Shown here piece after piece: positions 35,180 to 45,485 of a stretch of 64,000 nucleotides of DNA. Position numbers and translations under genes: made by a program. The DNA is taken from positions 1 through 64,000 of IMG/VR virus record IMGVR_UViG_3300031951_000074, one strand, 5' to 3'. The notes below the pieces were generated by a model. The model did not search any database. It was not told where the DNA came from and worked only from the letters and a program-made list of their open reading frames with translations. Numbering within the stretch: position 1 is the stretch's first letter; the number at the start of each line of letters is the position of its first letter. This stretch comes from a virus (taxonomy: Duplodnaviria; Caudoviricetes).

Positions 35180-35187
35180 GGTGCATC

Positions 35188-35460
35188 ATGTTCAATGTTC
35201 AATATGCAACTGATCTGGTCTGGGCAGATGCGGATCAAACCAACTTCAAATGCAACGTCAAGCTGGCCGAGTTTGATGAAGTCATGCCGTGCGGTGTAAA
35301 CGCAACGGATCGGTACGCACACATCAAAGAGCTTTGGACCAGGGGACTCGCGGGAGAGTACGGCCCCATCGCGCCCTATGTCGCGCCGCCTGAGCCGGAG
35401 CCCGAGTCCGTTGCACCTGTACAGGGACAGCCTACGCAGACGGGTGCGGAGCAGTTCTGA
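35188..35460 (+). CDS. Tail fibre assembly chaperone-like protein
   Basis: GEYGPIAPY motif; GAGG RBS before ATG 35188. Confidence 0.65.
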   Translation: MFNVQYATDLVWADADQTNFKCNVKLAEFDEVMPCGVNATDRYAHIKELWTRGLAGEYGPIAPYVAPPEPEPESVAPVQGQPTQTGAEQF

Positions 35461-35738
35461 TGAAATCTGTTTCCTCCAAATACAGCGTGACCTACGACGG
35501 TGCGGTGATGAACATCTACCACGCCAACAAGGGCGAAGGTCTTCCGGCTCACGAACATCGGTACTCGCACCTGACCATGTGCCACTCCGGTCGCTGTGTT
35601 GTGCGGAAAGAAAAGGGCGAGCGCATCATCGACAAGAACTCTACGCCGCTGAACTTGGTTGCCGGGGAGTGGCATGAGATCGAGGCGCTGGAGGATGATA
35701 CGGTGTTTGTAAACGTCTTTGCAGAGGGAAAGCAGTGA
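35460..35738 (+). CDS. Cupin-domain protein
   Basis: HEHRYSH...AGEWHEIEALEDDT cupin motifs. Confidence 0.8.
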   Translation: MKSVSSKYSVTYDGAVMNIYHANKGEGLPAHEHRYSHLTMCHSGRCVVRKEKGERIIDKNSTPLNLVAGEWHEIEALEDDTVFVNVFAEGKQ

Positions 35739-35767
35739 ACTTCGATGCAGCTTTCAACACCCTTCTC
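35735..35767 (+). pseudogene. Truncated 5' end of a GH108-like lysozyme gene
   Basis: GTGA-coupled MNFDAAFNTLL resembles the GH108 N-terminus (MNFDxAF..L..HEGG) but breaks off before EGG. Confidence 0.45.
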
Positions 35768-35829
35768 AATCCAGCACCCAACAGCCACCAACTTCGATAT
35801 AGTATCACTATCGATTATATAAGAATAAA

Positions 35830-35894
35830 TAAAATACACCCACTAACCCTGGGTGTATTTTTTACTTGACAATTTTTACCCTGTATAGTATAAT
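35830..35894 (+). promoter_or_regulatory. Terminator followed by a consensus promoter
   Basis: AAAATACACCCA...TGGGTGTATTTT; TTGACA(35866)-N17-TATAAT(35889). Confidence 0.8.
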
Positions 35895-35938
35895 TATACC
35901 TATAAAAAAATCTATACTTGTTTTAAGCAGGAGTTATT

Positions 35939-36523
35939 ATGACAGCACCTACCCGACTAAATTTAAAGATTTATCAGGGCAGTACCTTTAGGCAAATCTT
36001 ACGTTGGGAAAGTGCTACAAAGGTATATGTTCCTGTAACCTCTATTACAAACGCAGCACCAATGGTAATTACAGCCAATGCTCATGGAGCCCCTCAAGGC
36101 TGGAGAGTAAAACTCAGCAATGTGAATGGAATGAAAGAAGCCAATAATCTAGACTATGTAATAGCCACCGGAACCACTACAAACACCGTTACTATAAACA
36201 GTGTAAACAGTATTGGTTTCGCTACTTATACTAGCGGAGGCGTACTGGAGTACAATCAGCCCGTTGATTTAAGTGGTGTAACAGCAAGAATGCAGATCAG
36301 ACCAAAAGTAGACAGTGATCAAATATTAGACACTTTAACAACAGAAAATAATAAGATTGTTTTAGATAACGTTTTAAAAACTATTACAATAGAAATAGAC
36401 GAATCTGTAACTGCATCGTACTCTTTTAAGAGTGCAGTCTATGATCTAGAAGTCGTCAAAAACAACGATGTTATCCCATTTTTAACAGGAACAATCCTGC
36501 TTACTAAAGAGGTAACACGATGA
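35939..36523 (+). CDS. Tail collar / fibre adaptor (T5 p132/BppU-like)
   Basis: IYQGSTF...PVDLSGVTARMQIR...YDLEV with an inserted beta domain. Confidence 0.6.
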   Translation: MTAPTRLNLKIYQGSTFRQILRWESATKVYVPVTSITNAAPMVITANAHGAPQGWRVKLSNVNGMKEANNLDYVIATGTTTNTVTINSVNSIGFATYTSGGVLEYNQPVDLSGVTARMQIRPKVDSDQILDTLTTENNKIVLDNVLKTITIEIDESVTASYSFKSAVYDLEVVKNNDVIPFLTGTILLTKEVTR

Positions 36524-36765
36524 GCTTTTACACTACTATAGAAAACGATTCAACCTCTAGTCTAGTAGTTATTGATGATACCAGAGAAATCATTATTGTT
36601 AGTGGAGCTATTGGCCCAAAGGGGGATAGTGGCGGAACCAACATAGGAAGTTATCCGGTTGTAGTATCAAATATTCAGGGCAATGATCTATTGTTGTTTA
36701 GCCAACCACAAAATGCTTGGGTAAACGTACCTCAGACTTCAATAACAGACGGCGGAACTTTTTAA
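36520..36765 (+). CDS. Small fibre-associated protein
   Basis: GPKGD, ends with DGGTF. Confidence 0.6.
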   Translation: MSFYTTIENDSTSSLVVIDDTREIIIVSGAIGPKGDSGGTNIGSYPVVVSNIQGNDLLLFSQPQNAWVNVPQTSITDGGTF

Positions 36766-36774
36766 GGAGGTTAG

Positions 36775-38058
36775 ATGGCGAATGTAATCAAATTAAAAAA
36801 TTCCGGAAATCCAGGGGTTATTCCAACACCAGTACAGTTAGTACATGGCGAATTGGCTATTAACTATGCTGATGGTAAGTTATATTACAAAAAATCAGAT
36901 AATACCATAGGCACAATAACCGCACAAGGCGGAAGCGGTTATGCACTAGCAGGTAACAACACAGATATTACCAGTCTTACAGGTATTACTGGTAATATCT
37001 CAACAATAAGTTATGTAGACTTTAATTTAAATAGTAATGTTACTGACCAAGAAGGCCGGTTGTATTGGAATAACCAAGACAATACCTTGGATATTTCTCA
37101 TTCTAGTACATTTAAATCTGCTGTCAATCAAACTTCAGTAGTTCCTCCATGTTTAAACAACAGTGGAACAGCGATTGCAAAAGGCAATCTTGTAATGGCC
37201 ACAGGCAGTCAGGGCGATAAAATAACTATCGCAAAGGCTGTTACCAATGGAACTATAGCAGCACAGTACATGCTGGGTGTTGCAGGCGAAAATATAACAT
37301 CAGGACAAGAATTTTCGCATATCATAACAACTGGTGTTGTTAGAGACATAAACACTGAAATTTGGCCTGTTGGAACTGTGTTATACCCAGATCCTGCAGT
37401 GCCTGGCGGCTTGACGAGTGTTGTTCCAACAGCCCCAAGTCTAAAAACTCCAATTGCAATAGTACTTCGTTCGCATCAAAATACTGGGCGAATTTATGTA
37501 CGAATGACTTGGGCCAGTGGTTTAGGAATCACAGACTCAAATGTTCAAGTCTCCAATGTACAAAATCAAAACGTTCTTCAGTATAACTCACTGTTGGGCG
37601 TTTGGCAGAATGTTCAAGATTTGTACTTAAATGGAGAGTTAAGCCACAAAGGATTGGTGTTAACAGAAGGTAATAAAATAGATCAGGTACTGACTATTAC
37701 CAAAACTCTTACACTTACAACAGACTGGCAAGACACAGGAATAGATTCCACAGACTTAGAAACTGGCACTTATATAGTCCAACTTTACGCAAACGACACT
37801 GGCTCAGGCGGAACAAATAGTAATGAGTATTACAGTGGCACAATGAGTTGGTACAGTGGACAAACAAATAGTTCATTAGAACTACCAACAGACGAAATTG
37901 TGTTACACAGAGCAGGGGGCAGTGGCGACGGAGCCATGTACCTTAGAACCTATAGAACACCACTAGCGGATCCTAGTGATTTAAAACTTCAAATCTACTC
38001 AAACACGGCCAGTGCATCTAGCAGCAACTACGTGTTTAAATTTAGAAAAATGATATAA
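36775..38058 (+). CDS. Tail fibre-like protein
   Basis: GELAINYADGKLY N-terminus shared with 27752; GNNTDITSL. Confidence 0.7.
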   Translation: MANVIKLKNSGNPGVIPTPVQLVHGELAINYADGKLYYKKSDNTIGTITAQGGSGYALAGNNTDITSLTGITGNISTISYVDFNLNSNVTDQEGRLYWNNQDNTLDISHSSTFKSAVNQTSVVPPCLNNSGTAIAKGNLVMATGSQGDKITIAKAVTNGTIAAQYMLGVAGENITSGQEFSHIITTGVVRDINTEIWPVGTVLYPDPAVPGGLTSVVPTAPSLKTPIAIVLRSHQNTGRIYVRMTWASGLGITDSNVQVSNVQNQNVLQYNSLLGVWQNVQDLYLNGELSHKGLVLTEGNKIDQVLTITKTLTLTTDWQDTGIDSTDLETGTYIVQLYANDTGSGGTNSNEYYSGTMSWYSGQTNSSLELPTDEIVLHRAGGSGDGAMYLRTYRTPLADPSDLKLQIYSNTASASSSNYVFKFRKMI

Positions 38059-38072
38059 CTTAGGAGCACGAC

Positions 38073-39971
38073 ATGGCTTTTAAAATTAAAGACGGTGTTA
38101 GAATAGGCACCACGGACATATTTGATAATGCTGGAACGTTACTAGTTAACGCACCAACTGCAACCAAGTGGCTCAACGCAAGAACCATCACTCTTGGTGG
38201 TGATCTGAGCGGTAGCGTGTCCGTAGACGGGTCACAAAACGTTACACTAACTGCAACTATTGCTGCAGACTCTGTTGCTTTAGGCACAGATACAACAGGT
38301 AATTACGTAAGTCTGGTACAAAGCAGTGGAACTGGTATTGTTGTTAGTGGAACCGCTGGAGAAAATGCAACATTTTCAGTTGCCCACGCAGACACCTCAA
38401 CACAAGCTACTGTAACCAACAGTGGCAGAACATACCTTCAAAGCATTACACTAGATGATTTTGGACACATTACTGCAGTAACTAGTGCAACAGAGCCAAC
38501 AGAAGGCAGTGGTACTCTTACCCTAAACATAGGCAGTGCTGGAGCAACTGGTAGTTCTGTAACAATTGCTACAGGTACTGGATTTAATGCTAACAGCAGC
38601 TCAAACGTTACATACAGTGTAAGCGTTGGTCCAGCCCTGAGCGGATTAGCCACAACAATGACAGGTGCTGGGTCAGGCTTCTTGAAAAAGACCGCGGCCG
38701 ATACTTATACAATCGACACAAACACGTACTTAACGGCCGAATCAGACACGTTGGCCACAGTAACAGGACGTGGGGCAACAACAAGTACTGCATTGAGCTT
38801 AACCAACTCAACAGCAAGCTCTAATACAACCACTGGTGCTCTAGTAGTAACTGGCGGTGTTGGTATTGGCGGTGCTTTAAACGTTGGCGGAAACACAGGA
38901 GTTACCGGCAACTTAACCATCACCGGCAACTTGATTGTAAATGGCACAACCACAACAGTCAATTCAACCACAACAACCTTAGACGATCCCATTATTACTC
39001 TGGGTGGCGATAGTGCTCCTGGTACTGACGACAACAAAGATCGTGGTGTTGAGTTCCGTTGGCACAATGGTACCTCCGCTAAAATCGGTTTCTTTGGGTA
39101 CGACGACAGCACAGGCAAGTTTACCTTTATTCCAGATGCTACAAACTCTTCAGAAGTGTTCTCTGGCACTACTGGAGAAATTGATGCAAAGATTGATTGG
39201 AGTAACATTCTTAATACTCCAGCCGCAGCAACAGTAAATAACGGTACATTAACATTAACAGCATCAGCTGGTGCAACAAACACTTCAGTTACTATTGGTA
39301 CAGGTACTGGCTTTAGTGCAAACGATTCAAACAACGAAACTTATGACATTGATGTAGGCCCTGCATTAAGCAACTTGGCTACAACAATGACTGGTGCTGG
39401 TAGTGGTTTTTTAAAGAAAACAGCACAAGACACTTATACTGTTGATACAAACACATACTTAACGACCGAGTCCGACACATTATCTAGTGTAACAGCCCGG
39501 GGAAATACTACTACTGATATCATCATCGCTGCAAATACTACACAAAGTACCAGCTCTCTTACAGGTGCTATTGTAGTAGGCGGTGGTTTGGGTGTTGCAA
39601 AGAACATTACAACAAAAGCATCGGTTGTATATAACAATTCAAGTGACGCAAAAATCAGTGAAGATTCTGGTCTATCAGCAACAGTAGCAACCACAACTAC
39701 TACAGATTTGGATACTTGGGCAGTTGCAACTTATCGCAGTGCACGTTACTTGGTACAGATCACACAAGGATCAAACTATCAAGTTAGCGAAGTATTGGTA
39801 TTACACAACGGTACTACTACAACAATGACTGAATATGCTGTATTGGAAAGCAACGGTGCCTTGGGTACATTGACCAGCGACATAAATGCAGGTAATGCCC
39901 GCCTACGAGTTACGATGGGCACCTCAACTTCTGCTACTGTCAAGATTCATCGCACTCTGGTAACAGTATAA
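38073..39971 (+). CDS. Tail fibre-like protein
   Basis: ARTITLGGDLSGS, GALVVTGGVGIGG, two copies of a module also present in 27752. Confidence 0.75.
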   Translation: MAFKIKDGVRIGTTDIFDNAGTLLVNAPTATKWLNARTITLGGDLSGSVSVDGSQNVTLTATIAADSVALGTDTTGNYVSLVQSSGTGIVVSGTAGENATFSVAHADTSTQATVTNSGRTYLQSITLDDFGHITAVTSATEPTEGSGTLTLNIGSAGATGSSVTIATGTGFNANSSSNVTYSVSVGPALSGLATTMTGAGSGFLKKTAADTYTIDTNTYLTAESDTLATVTGRGATTSTALSLTNSTASSNTTTGALVVTGGVGIGGALNVGGNTGVTGNLTITGNLIVNGTTTTVNSTTTTLDDPIITLGGDSAPGTDDNKDRGVEFRWHNGTSAKIGFFGYDDSTGKFTFIPDATNSSEVFSGTTGEIDAKIDWSNILNTPAAATVNNGTLTLTASAGATNTSVTIGTGTGFSANDSNNETYDIDVGPALSNLATTMTGAGSGFLKKTAQDTYTVDTNTYLTTESDTLSSVTARGNTTTDIIIAANTTQSTSSLTGAIVVGGGLGVAKNITTKASVVYNNSSDAKISEDSGLSATVATTTTTDLDTWAVATYRSARYLVQITQGSNYQVSEVLVLHNGTTTTMTEYAVLESNGALGTLTSDINAGNARLRVTMGTSTSATVKIHRTLVTV

Positions 39972-40001
39972 TTTTAACAACCTCGTGGATAGGGAAACGG
40001 G

Positions 40002-41426
40002 ATGGCTAACGAATTCAAAGTAAAAAACGGGATTAAATTTCCAGACAACACAATCCAAACTACCGCTGCTGCCGGCAGCGGTACTAGTTCATTAGTAAGC
40101 GGCACAGCAGTAAATAGTACTAGTGGCACAACAATTGATTTTACCAGTATTCCATCTTGGGTAAAACGCGTTACTGTTATGTTTAGTGCTGTAAGTACAA
40201 GTGGTACTTCGTCTTTATTGGTTCAAATCGGCGATAGTGGCGGAATCGAAACCACAGGGTACGATAGTTATGCATTGTACGCCCCTTCTAGTGGTGGATT
40301 TATTTCGTCCACTTCTGGATACGTTCTAGAACCAACAGGATATTTGAGCGGCACAATCGCCAGGTATGGTATGATTGTACTAGCCAATTTAACAGGTAAC
40401 AACTGGGTAGCATCTTCGAATTTGTACGAAGGATCTGGCGGTGTTGTAGCAATGGCCGCCGGAGGAAAAACCCTTTCTGCAGTATTGGATCGTGTTCGTG
40501 TTACCACAGTTAATGGTACCGATACTTTTGACGGCGGCACTATCAACATATTATATGAAGGTGGTGGCGTTGGAGGCACGCTGGATTCAATAACAGACGT
40601 TAGCGCCCCGGCTCCTTCTAATGGCCAAGCACTGGTTTGGAACAGTACTACTAGTCAATGGGAAGCTCAAACTGTAAGTGGTGGTGGTGGAACAGGTATT
40701 TCTTGGAGTAAAAAGACTAGTAACTATACTGCGTCAAGCGGAGACTTTTTATTAACCGATACAGGATCTGGCAGTTTTACCGTAACATTGCCGTCTTCAC
40801 CAACTACTGGAAATTTTGTTGTAGTAGCAGATGCCAATGATTGGAAAACAAACAATCTAATAATTGCAAGAAACGGTAGTACAATAGAAGGATTATCTGA
40901 AGACTTGTATTTAAATATAAAAGGAATCCAGGTAAGTATTATATTTGATGGCACTACTTGGGAAGTGTTTGCTTTTGCAGCACCTTCTATAGATATTACA
41001 AACGATACTTCTACCAATACTACACAGTATCTTACAATGTCGCGAGCCACAAGTGGGGCTCTGAACGGTGCCTATGTTAGCAATAGTGGTTTAACATTTA
41101 ATCCAAGTACTGGTACTCTGTCTTCTACCAATTACAACTCTTTATCAGATAAAAACCTTAAAAAGAATATACAGCCACTAGAAGATTATGGCTTTATATT
41201 AGATCAATTAAACCCTGTAAAATTTCAATGGAAGTCGAACGACAAAACAGGATTTGGTTTAATAGCTCAAGAGGTTGAAAAAGTATTACCAGAAATAGTA
41301 GAAGATAATGATACTTATAAAACAGTAAGCTATCAACAGCTTATACCATTTTTATTAGCGTGTGTTAAACAACAGCAAAAAGAACTAGAAGAATTAAAGG
41401 AGATAGTAAATGGCAACATTAACTGA
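40002..41426 (+). CDS. Tail fibre with C-terminal intramolecular chaperone (peptidase S74)
   Basis: SDKNLKKNI...GLIAQEVEKVLPE. Confidence 0.85.
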   Translation: MANEFKVKNGIKFPDNTIQTTAAAGSGTSSLVSGTAVNSTSGTTIDFTSIPSWVKRVTVMFSAVSTSGTSSLLVQIGDSGGIETTGYDSYALYAPSSGGFISSTSGYVLEPTGYLSGTIARYGMIVLANLTGNNWVASSNLYEGSGGVVAMAAGGKTLSAVLDRVRVTTVNGTDTFDGGTINILYEGGGVGGTLDSITDVSAPAPSNGQALVWNSTTSQWEAQTVSGGGGTGISWSKKTSNYTASSGDFLLTDTGSGSFTVTLPSSPTTGNFVVVADANDWKTNNLIIARNGSTIEGLSEDLYLNIKGIQVSIIFDGTTWEVFAFAAPSIDITNDTSTNTTQYLTMSRATSGALNGAYVSNSGLTFNPSTGTLSSTNYNSLSDKNLKKNIQPLEDYGFILDQLNPVKFQWKSNDKTGFGLIAQEVEKVLPEIVEDNDTYKTVSYQQLIPFLLACVKQQQKELEELKEIVNGNIN

Positions 41427-41685
41427 TTTATTGGGCTCTACTTTTAGTGGGTTGGGCTTTACCTTTTATCCTTCTTTTAATTTAGCAACTGTTTACAATA
41501 AAAATGACGTAGTTCATTACAGTACAAATGGAAATACTTATGTGGCTATAGCTAACGGTATATCCACGGGAACTACTCCAGACCTGGATACTTCTAACTG
41601 GGCACTGTTTGTTCCAAAGGGTGATACGGGCGGTGGTGGAATTACAACAGGAAAAGCCATTGCAATGGCCATAGTTTTTGGATAA
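41410..41685 (+). CDS. Small fibre-associated protein
   Basis: YNKNDVVHY; ends with TGKAIAMAIVFG. Confidence 0.65.
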   Translation: MATLTDLLGSTFSGLGFTFYPSFNLATVYNKNDVVHYSTNGNTYVAIANGISTGTTPDLDTSNWALFVPKGDTGGGGITTGKAIAMAIVFG

Positions 41686-41697
41686 GGATAATAAAAA

Positions 41698-42063
41698 ATG
41701 GCAAATCCTAATATTGTAAACGTAGCAACCATACTTGGAAGAACTGTTGGTGCTGCTTTAACTACAACTAGTGCCGACATTGTAACCAACAGTGCGGGTA
41801 GTAACAAGATTTTTAAAATCAACTCCGTCTATGTGTCTAATGTAGACGGAACCAATAATGCGACTGTTGATGTTACTTTTTACGATGCCAGCGCAACAAC
41901 AAGTTATTATTTAGCGGATGCGATTGTTGTGCCTGTTACATCAACCTTAAAAGTAGTAACAAAAGATGCTTCTATTTACTTAGAAGAGGGCGATAAAATT
42001 GCAGCACTAGCCAGTGCTAATAATGATTTACAGATCGTTGTTAGTTACGAGGAGATCAGCTAA
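41698..42063 (+). CDS. Conserved virion-associated beta protein
   Basis: MANPNIVNV...IYLEEGD...SYEEIS. Confidence 0.65.
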   Translation: MANPNIVNVATILGRTVGAALTTTSADIVTNSAGSNKIFKINSVYVSNVDGTNNATVDVTFYDASATTSYYLADAIVVPVTSTLKVVTKDASIYLEEGDKIAALASANNDLQIVVSYEEIS

Positions 42064-42980
42064 TGAACGGTAATTTAATAGGTGCTGTAAATTTACCAAC
42101 TATTAGTTCTGCTTCAGGTGTATGGACTATTGAAGAAGTAAAACTAGCACGGCAGCAGAGTATTTGGCCAGGACTCATAGTTATAGACTACTTGATAGTT
42201 GCAGGCGGTGGCGGTGGTTCTGATTATGGTGCTGGTGGCGCCGGCGGATATAGAACAGGTACTATTAATACTGGTGTGTTTAATAACAGTTTTACTATTA
42301 CTGTTGGTGCAGGTGGTTCCGGTGCAGCCACAGGCTCTAACGGATCAGACTCTGTACTAGGTACATTTGTATCATCAGGCGGCGGTAGAGGGGGAAAAGC
42401 AAACACAAGCCCGGGGCAAAATGGCGGATCTGGTGGCGGTGGTGGTTATGCAAGTACAGGCAATCCCGGAGGTTTGGGTAACACCCCAGCAACTACTCCA
42501 TCACAAGGTAATAACGGTGGAGCAGGTTATAATCTAAACGGTGCACCATTTGCAGCAGGTGGCGGAGGTGGTGCAGGTGCAGTGGGTCAGGCAGGTCAAT
42601 CCACCATTGGTGGTGCGGGTGGTGCGGGGTCTTCTTCAACAATAACAGGTTCGTCAGTCACTTACGCAGGAGGTGGTGGGGGAGGACATTTCAGCGGAAC
42701 CGGAGGAAATGCAAGTGGTGGTACCGGTGGGGGTGGTACAGGTGGTAAAAATAGCTCTGGTACAACTGCAGGCACTGCAAATACTGGCGGCGGCGGCGGC
42801 GGTTCTGGTGTAACTAGCGGTTCTGGAGGATCTGGTGGTTCGGGGGTAGTAATTATAGCATATCTTGATTCTTTTCCGGCATTAAGTAGTATAGATGTTG
42901 GGTTAACATACGACCAACCTTCAAGATCAGGTTACAGAGTATATAGATTTACTGCAGGTACCGGAACCGTTACGGTTTAA
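42063..42980 (+). CDS. Glycine-rich adhesin-like protein
   Basis: DYLIVAGGGGG...GGSGVVII...YRVYRFT. Confidence 0.7.
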   Translation: MNGNLIGAVNLPTISSASGVWTIEEVKLARQQSIWPGLIVIDYLIVAGGGGGSDYGAGGAGGYRTGTINTGVFNNSFTITVGAGGSGAATGSNGSDSVLGTFVSSGGGRGGKANTSPGQNGGSGGGGGYASTGNPGGLGNTPATTPSQGNNGGAGYNLNGAPFAAGGGGGAGAVGQAGQSTIGGAGGAGSSSTITGSSVTYAGGGGGGHFSGTGGNASGGTGGGGTGGKNSSGTTAGTANTGGGGGGSGVTSGSGGSGGSGVVIIAYLDSFPALSSIDVGLTYDQPSRSGYRVYRFTAGTGTVTV

Positions 42981-42995
42981 ATAAAGAGAATAAAA

Positions 42996-43370
42996 ATGGC
43001 ACACTATGCTTTTATAGATGACAATAATATAGTCACAGAGGTTATTGTAGGAAAAGATGAGAATGAAGGTTTAATTAATTGGGAGGAATACTACGGTAAT
43101 TTTAGAAAAAAACGCTGCCTTCGCACTTCTTTTAATACATACGGTAATAAGCACTTAAATAATGGCACACCGTTTAGGAAAAATTATGCAGGTGTAGGAT
43201 ATACCTATGACACTCGACTAGATGCATTCATTCCACCTAAACCATATAGCAGTTGGGTATTAGATGAAGAAACATGTATTTGGCAAGCACCTGTTCCCAT
43301 GCCGAATGACGGATCGTCGTATATTTGGGATGAAGAATCAACGTCTTGGAAAAATAATAATATCAATTAA
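42996..43370 (+). CDS. Conserved partner of Gly-rich tail proteins
   Basis: MAHYA...FRKNYAG...FIPPKPY.SW. Confidence 0.7.
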   Translation: MAHYAFIDDNNIVTEVIVGKDENEGLINWEEYYGNFRKKRCLRTSFNTYGNKHLNNGTPFRKNYAGVGYTYDTRLDAFIPPKPYSSWVLDEETCIWQAPVPMPNDGSSYIWDEESTSWKNNNIN

Positions 43371-43396
43371 ATAAGCCGAGTTCAAAAGGAGCGAAG

Positions 43397-43927
43397 ATGG
43401 CTATTAAAGTACAAAATACTACTGTAATAAATGACAGTAGACAGTTAGAAAATATAAGTAATTTAAAGACTGTTAACAGTCAAAGTATATTGGGGGCTGG
43501 CGATATTTCTATTACTGGTATTCCAACAGCCGGTACAACGGGACAAGTACTTACAAAAAATAGTTCTACAAACTACGATGTTTCTTGGATAAATCCAGGA
43601 AATGAAGTAACCTCAACTGTTACCAGTAGTGCAGGTGCTGCTACCATAAATACCAGTCTAGCAACTGTATTTTTGCATTCTTTAACAGAGAATACCACAT
43701 ATACATTTTCTAATCCTCCTGCAAGCGGAACTGGATATACTATTACTTTAAAAATAGTACAAAACAGCACTCCTCGTACAATTACTTGGCCAGCCAGTGT
43801 AAAATGGGTAGCTGCATCACCGCCAACACTATCAACAGGAAGCGGCGACGTTGACGTATTTGCGTTTTTTACGCATGATGCAGGAACTAACTGGTATGGT
43901 TTTGTTGCTGGACAGGATCTGTCATGA
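43397..43927 (+). CDS. Fibre-like protein
   Basis: LKTVNSQSILGAG, ITWPASVKW. Confidence 0.65.
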   Translation: MAIKVQNTTVINDSRQLENISNLKTVNSQSILGAGDISITGIPTAGTTGQVLTKNSSTNYDVSWINPGNEVTSTVTSSAGAATINTSLATVFLHSLTENTTYTFSNPPASGTGYTITLKIVQNSTPRTITWPASVKWVAASPPTLSTGSGDVDVFAFFTHDAGTNWYGFVAGQDLS

Positions 43928-45474
43928 GTTCCAATAGAAAGATATTAATGGCAGCTGCTGGTAACACTAAGCCTGGGTGGGAATTGGACAAAGCAGTTTT
44001 ACCAAATTTTTTGAATGTTAATAGTCAGACCGCCAATGCATTTGGAATGTTCTTTAGCCCTGATGGCTTAAACTTGTATATTGGAGGTGATTCTTCAGTA
44101 TTTCAGTATGTGTTGAGTACTGCTTGGTTGGTATCCACAGCTACATACACAAGATCTTTTACTTTTACAAATTCAATAGTGGGTGTACATTTTAGTACAG
44201 ACGGTACTAAAATGTTTATAATAAATCCGAATCACTTAATAACAAGGTACACAGTGAGCACTCCTTGGAATATAAGTACTCTTACCTATGGTGGAGAAAT
44301 TCAACTCTACTCGTACGATACCTCACCCCAAGATCTATTTTTTAGCTCTGATGGTACTATCATGTATACTTTAGGATCTACAACTGACTCCGTGTATCAA
44401 TTTACTTTAGGATCTGCCTGGAGTTTGTCTAGTGTAACGTATGTTCAAAGCTTTTCAGTCACAGCACAAGACACAACGCCAACTGGTTTATTTTTTAAAG
44501 CAGACGGCACTAAGATGTACGTCATGGGACTTGCAGGAGACGATATAAATGAATACGCTCTTAGTACTGCATGGAATATAAGTACAGCAAGTTTTGTGCG
44601 AGTCAGCGGAGGTACTCCAGAAGGAAGTCCAGGTGGTTTATTTTTTAAACCTGATGGTTCTGTGGTATATTTTGTCGGAAGTGGTCTAGACACAGTTTAT
44701 ACCTATATTGCTACAACTCCTTGGAATGTATCCACGCTTAAAACAGACAGATTTTTTAGAGTTGCAACCCAAGAGACGAGTCCGCAAGCAATATTCTTTA
44801 AACCAGATGGTACAAAAATGTACGTCATGGGATCTACAGGAGACGATGTCAATGAATACAGTCTTAGTACTGCCTGGGATATATCCAGTGCTACTTATGT
44901 AAGAATATTTGTTGTTTCAACACAAGAAACAACGCCAACTGGTTTATTTTTTAAAGCAGACGGTACTAGAATGTACGTAGTAGGTAGTACTGGCGACGAT
45001 ATAAACGAATACAGTCTTAGTACTCCATGGGATATAAGTACTGCTACTTATGTAAGAGTTTCTTTAGCGCTAACGGAAACTAATCCACAAGCACTATTCT
45101 TTAAACCAGATGGTACTAAGATGTATTTAATAGGTAGTACATACGATCAGGTGGCGGAATACGACTTGTTAACTGCATGGAATGTAAACACTCTAGCCTC
45201 TGTAGGAACATTCTCTCCTGGATTCGACACTGGGCCTACAGGAATATTTTTTAAACCAGATGGTTCTAGAATGTTTCTTTATGGATTTGGTAATGACAAA
45301 GTTTATTCTTATAATCTAAGTACTGCATGGAATATTTCAACGGCATCATACTACCAACAATTGAGTTTAAAAAATCTGGATGAAATAATAAATGATATTT
45401 ATATAAGACCAGACGGTAAAAAGTTGTATGCTGTAGGCAGTACAATTGATGCAGTTTTTGAAATAAATTTATAA
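43924..45474 (+). CDS. Beta-propeller repeat protein (putative receptor binding)
   Basis: About 10 repeats of FFKPDGTKMYV...EYSLSTAWDIS. Confidence 0.75.
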   Translation: MSSNRKILMAAAGNTKPGWELDKAVLPNFLNVNSQTANAFGMFFSPDGLNLYIGGDSSVFQYVLSTAWLVSTATYTRSFTFTNSIVGVHFSTDGTKMFIINPNHLITRYTVSTPWNISTLTYGGEIQLYSYDTSPQDLFFSSDGTIMYTLGSTTDSVYQFTLGSAWSLSSVTYVQSFSVTAQDTTPTGLFFKADGTKMYVMGLAGDDINEYALSTAWNISTASFVRVSGGTPEGSPGGLFFKPDGSVVYFVGSGLDTVYTYIATTPWNVSTLKTDRFFRVATQETSPQAIFFKPDGTKMYVMGSTGDDVNEYSLSTAWDISSATYVRIFVVSTQETTPTGLFFKADGTRMYVVGSTGDDINEYSLSTPWDISTATYVRVSLALTETNPQALFFKPDGTKMYLIGSTYDQVAEYDLLTAWNVNTLASVGTFSPGFDTGPTGIFFKPDGSRMFLYGFGNDKVYSYNLSTAWNISTASYYQQLSLKNLDEIINDIYIRPDGKKLYAVGSTIDAVFEINL

Positions 45475-45485
45475 AAGGAATAATA

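Noticed and set aside
27752-45474. Diversity-generating retroelement or invertible fibre system
   Set aside because: No reverse transcriptase or invertase is visible; the repeats are direct, intragenic and differ mostly at synonymous sites rather than at adenines only
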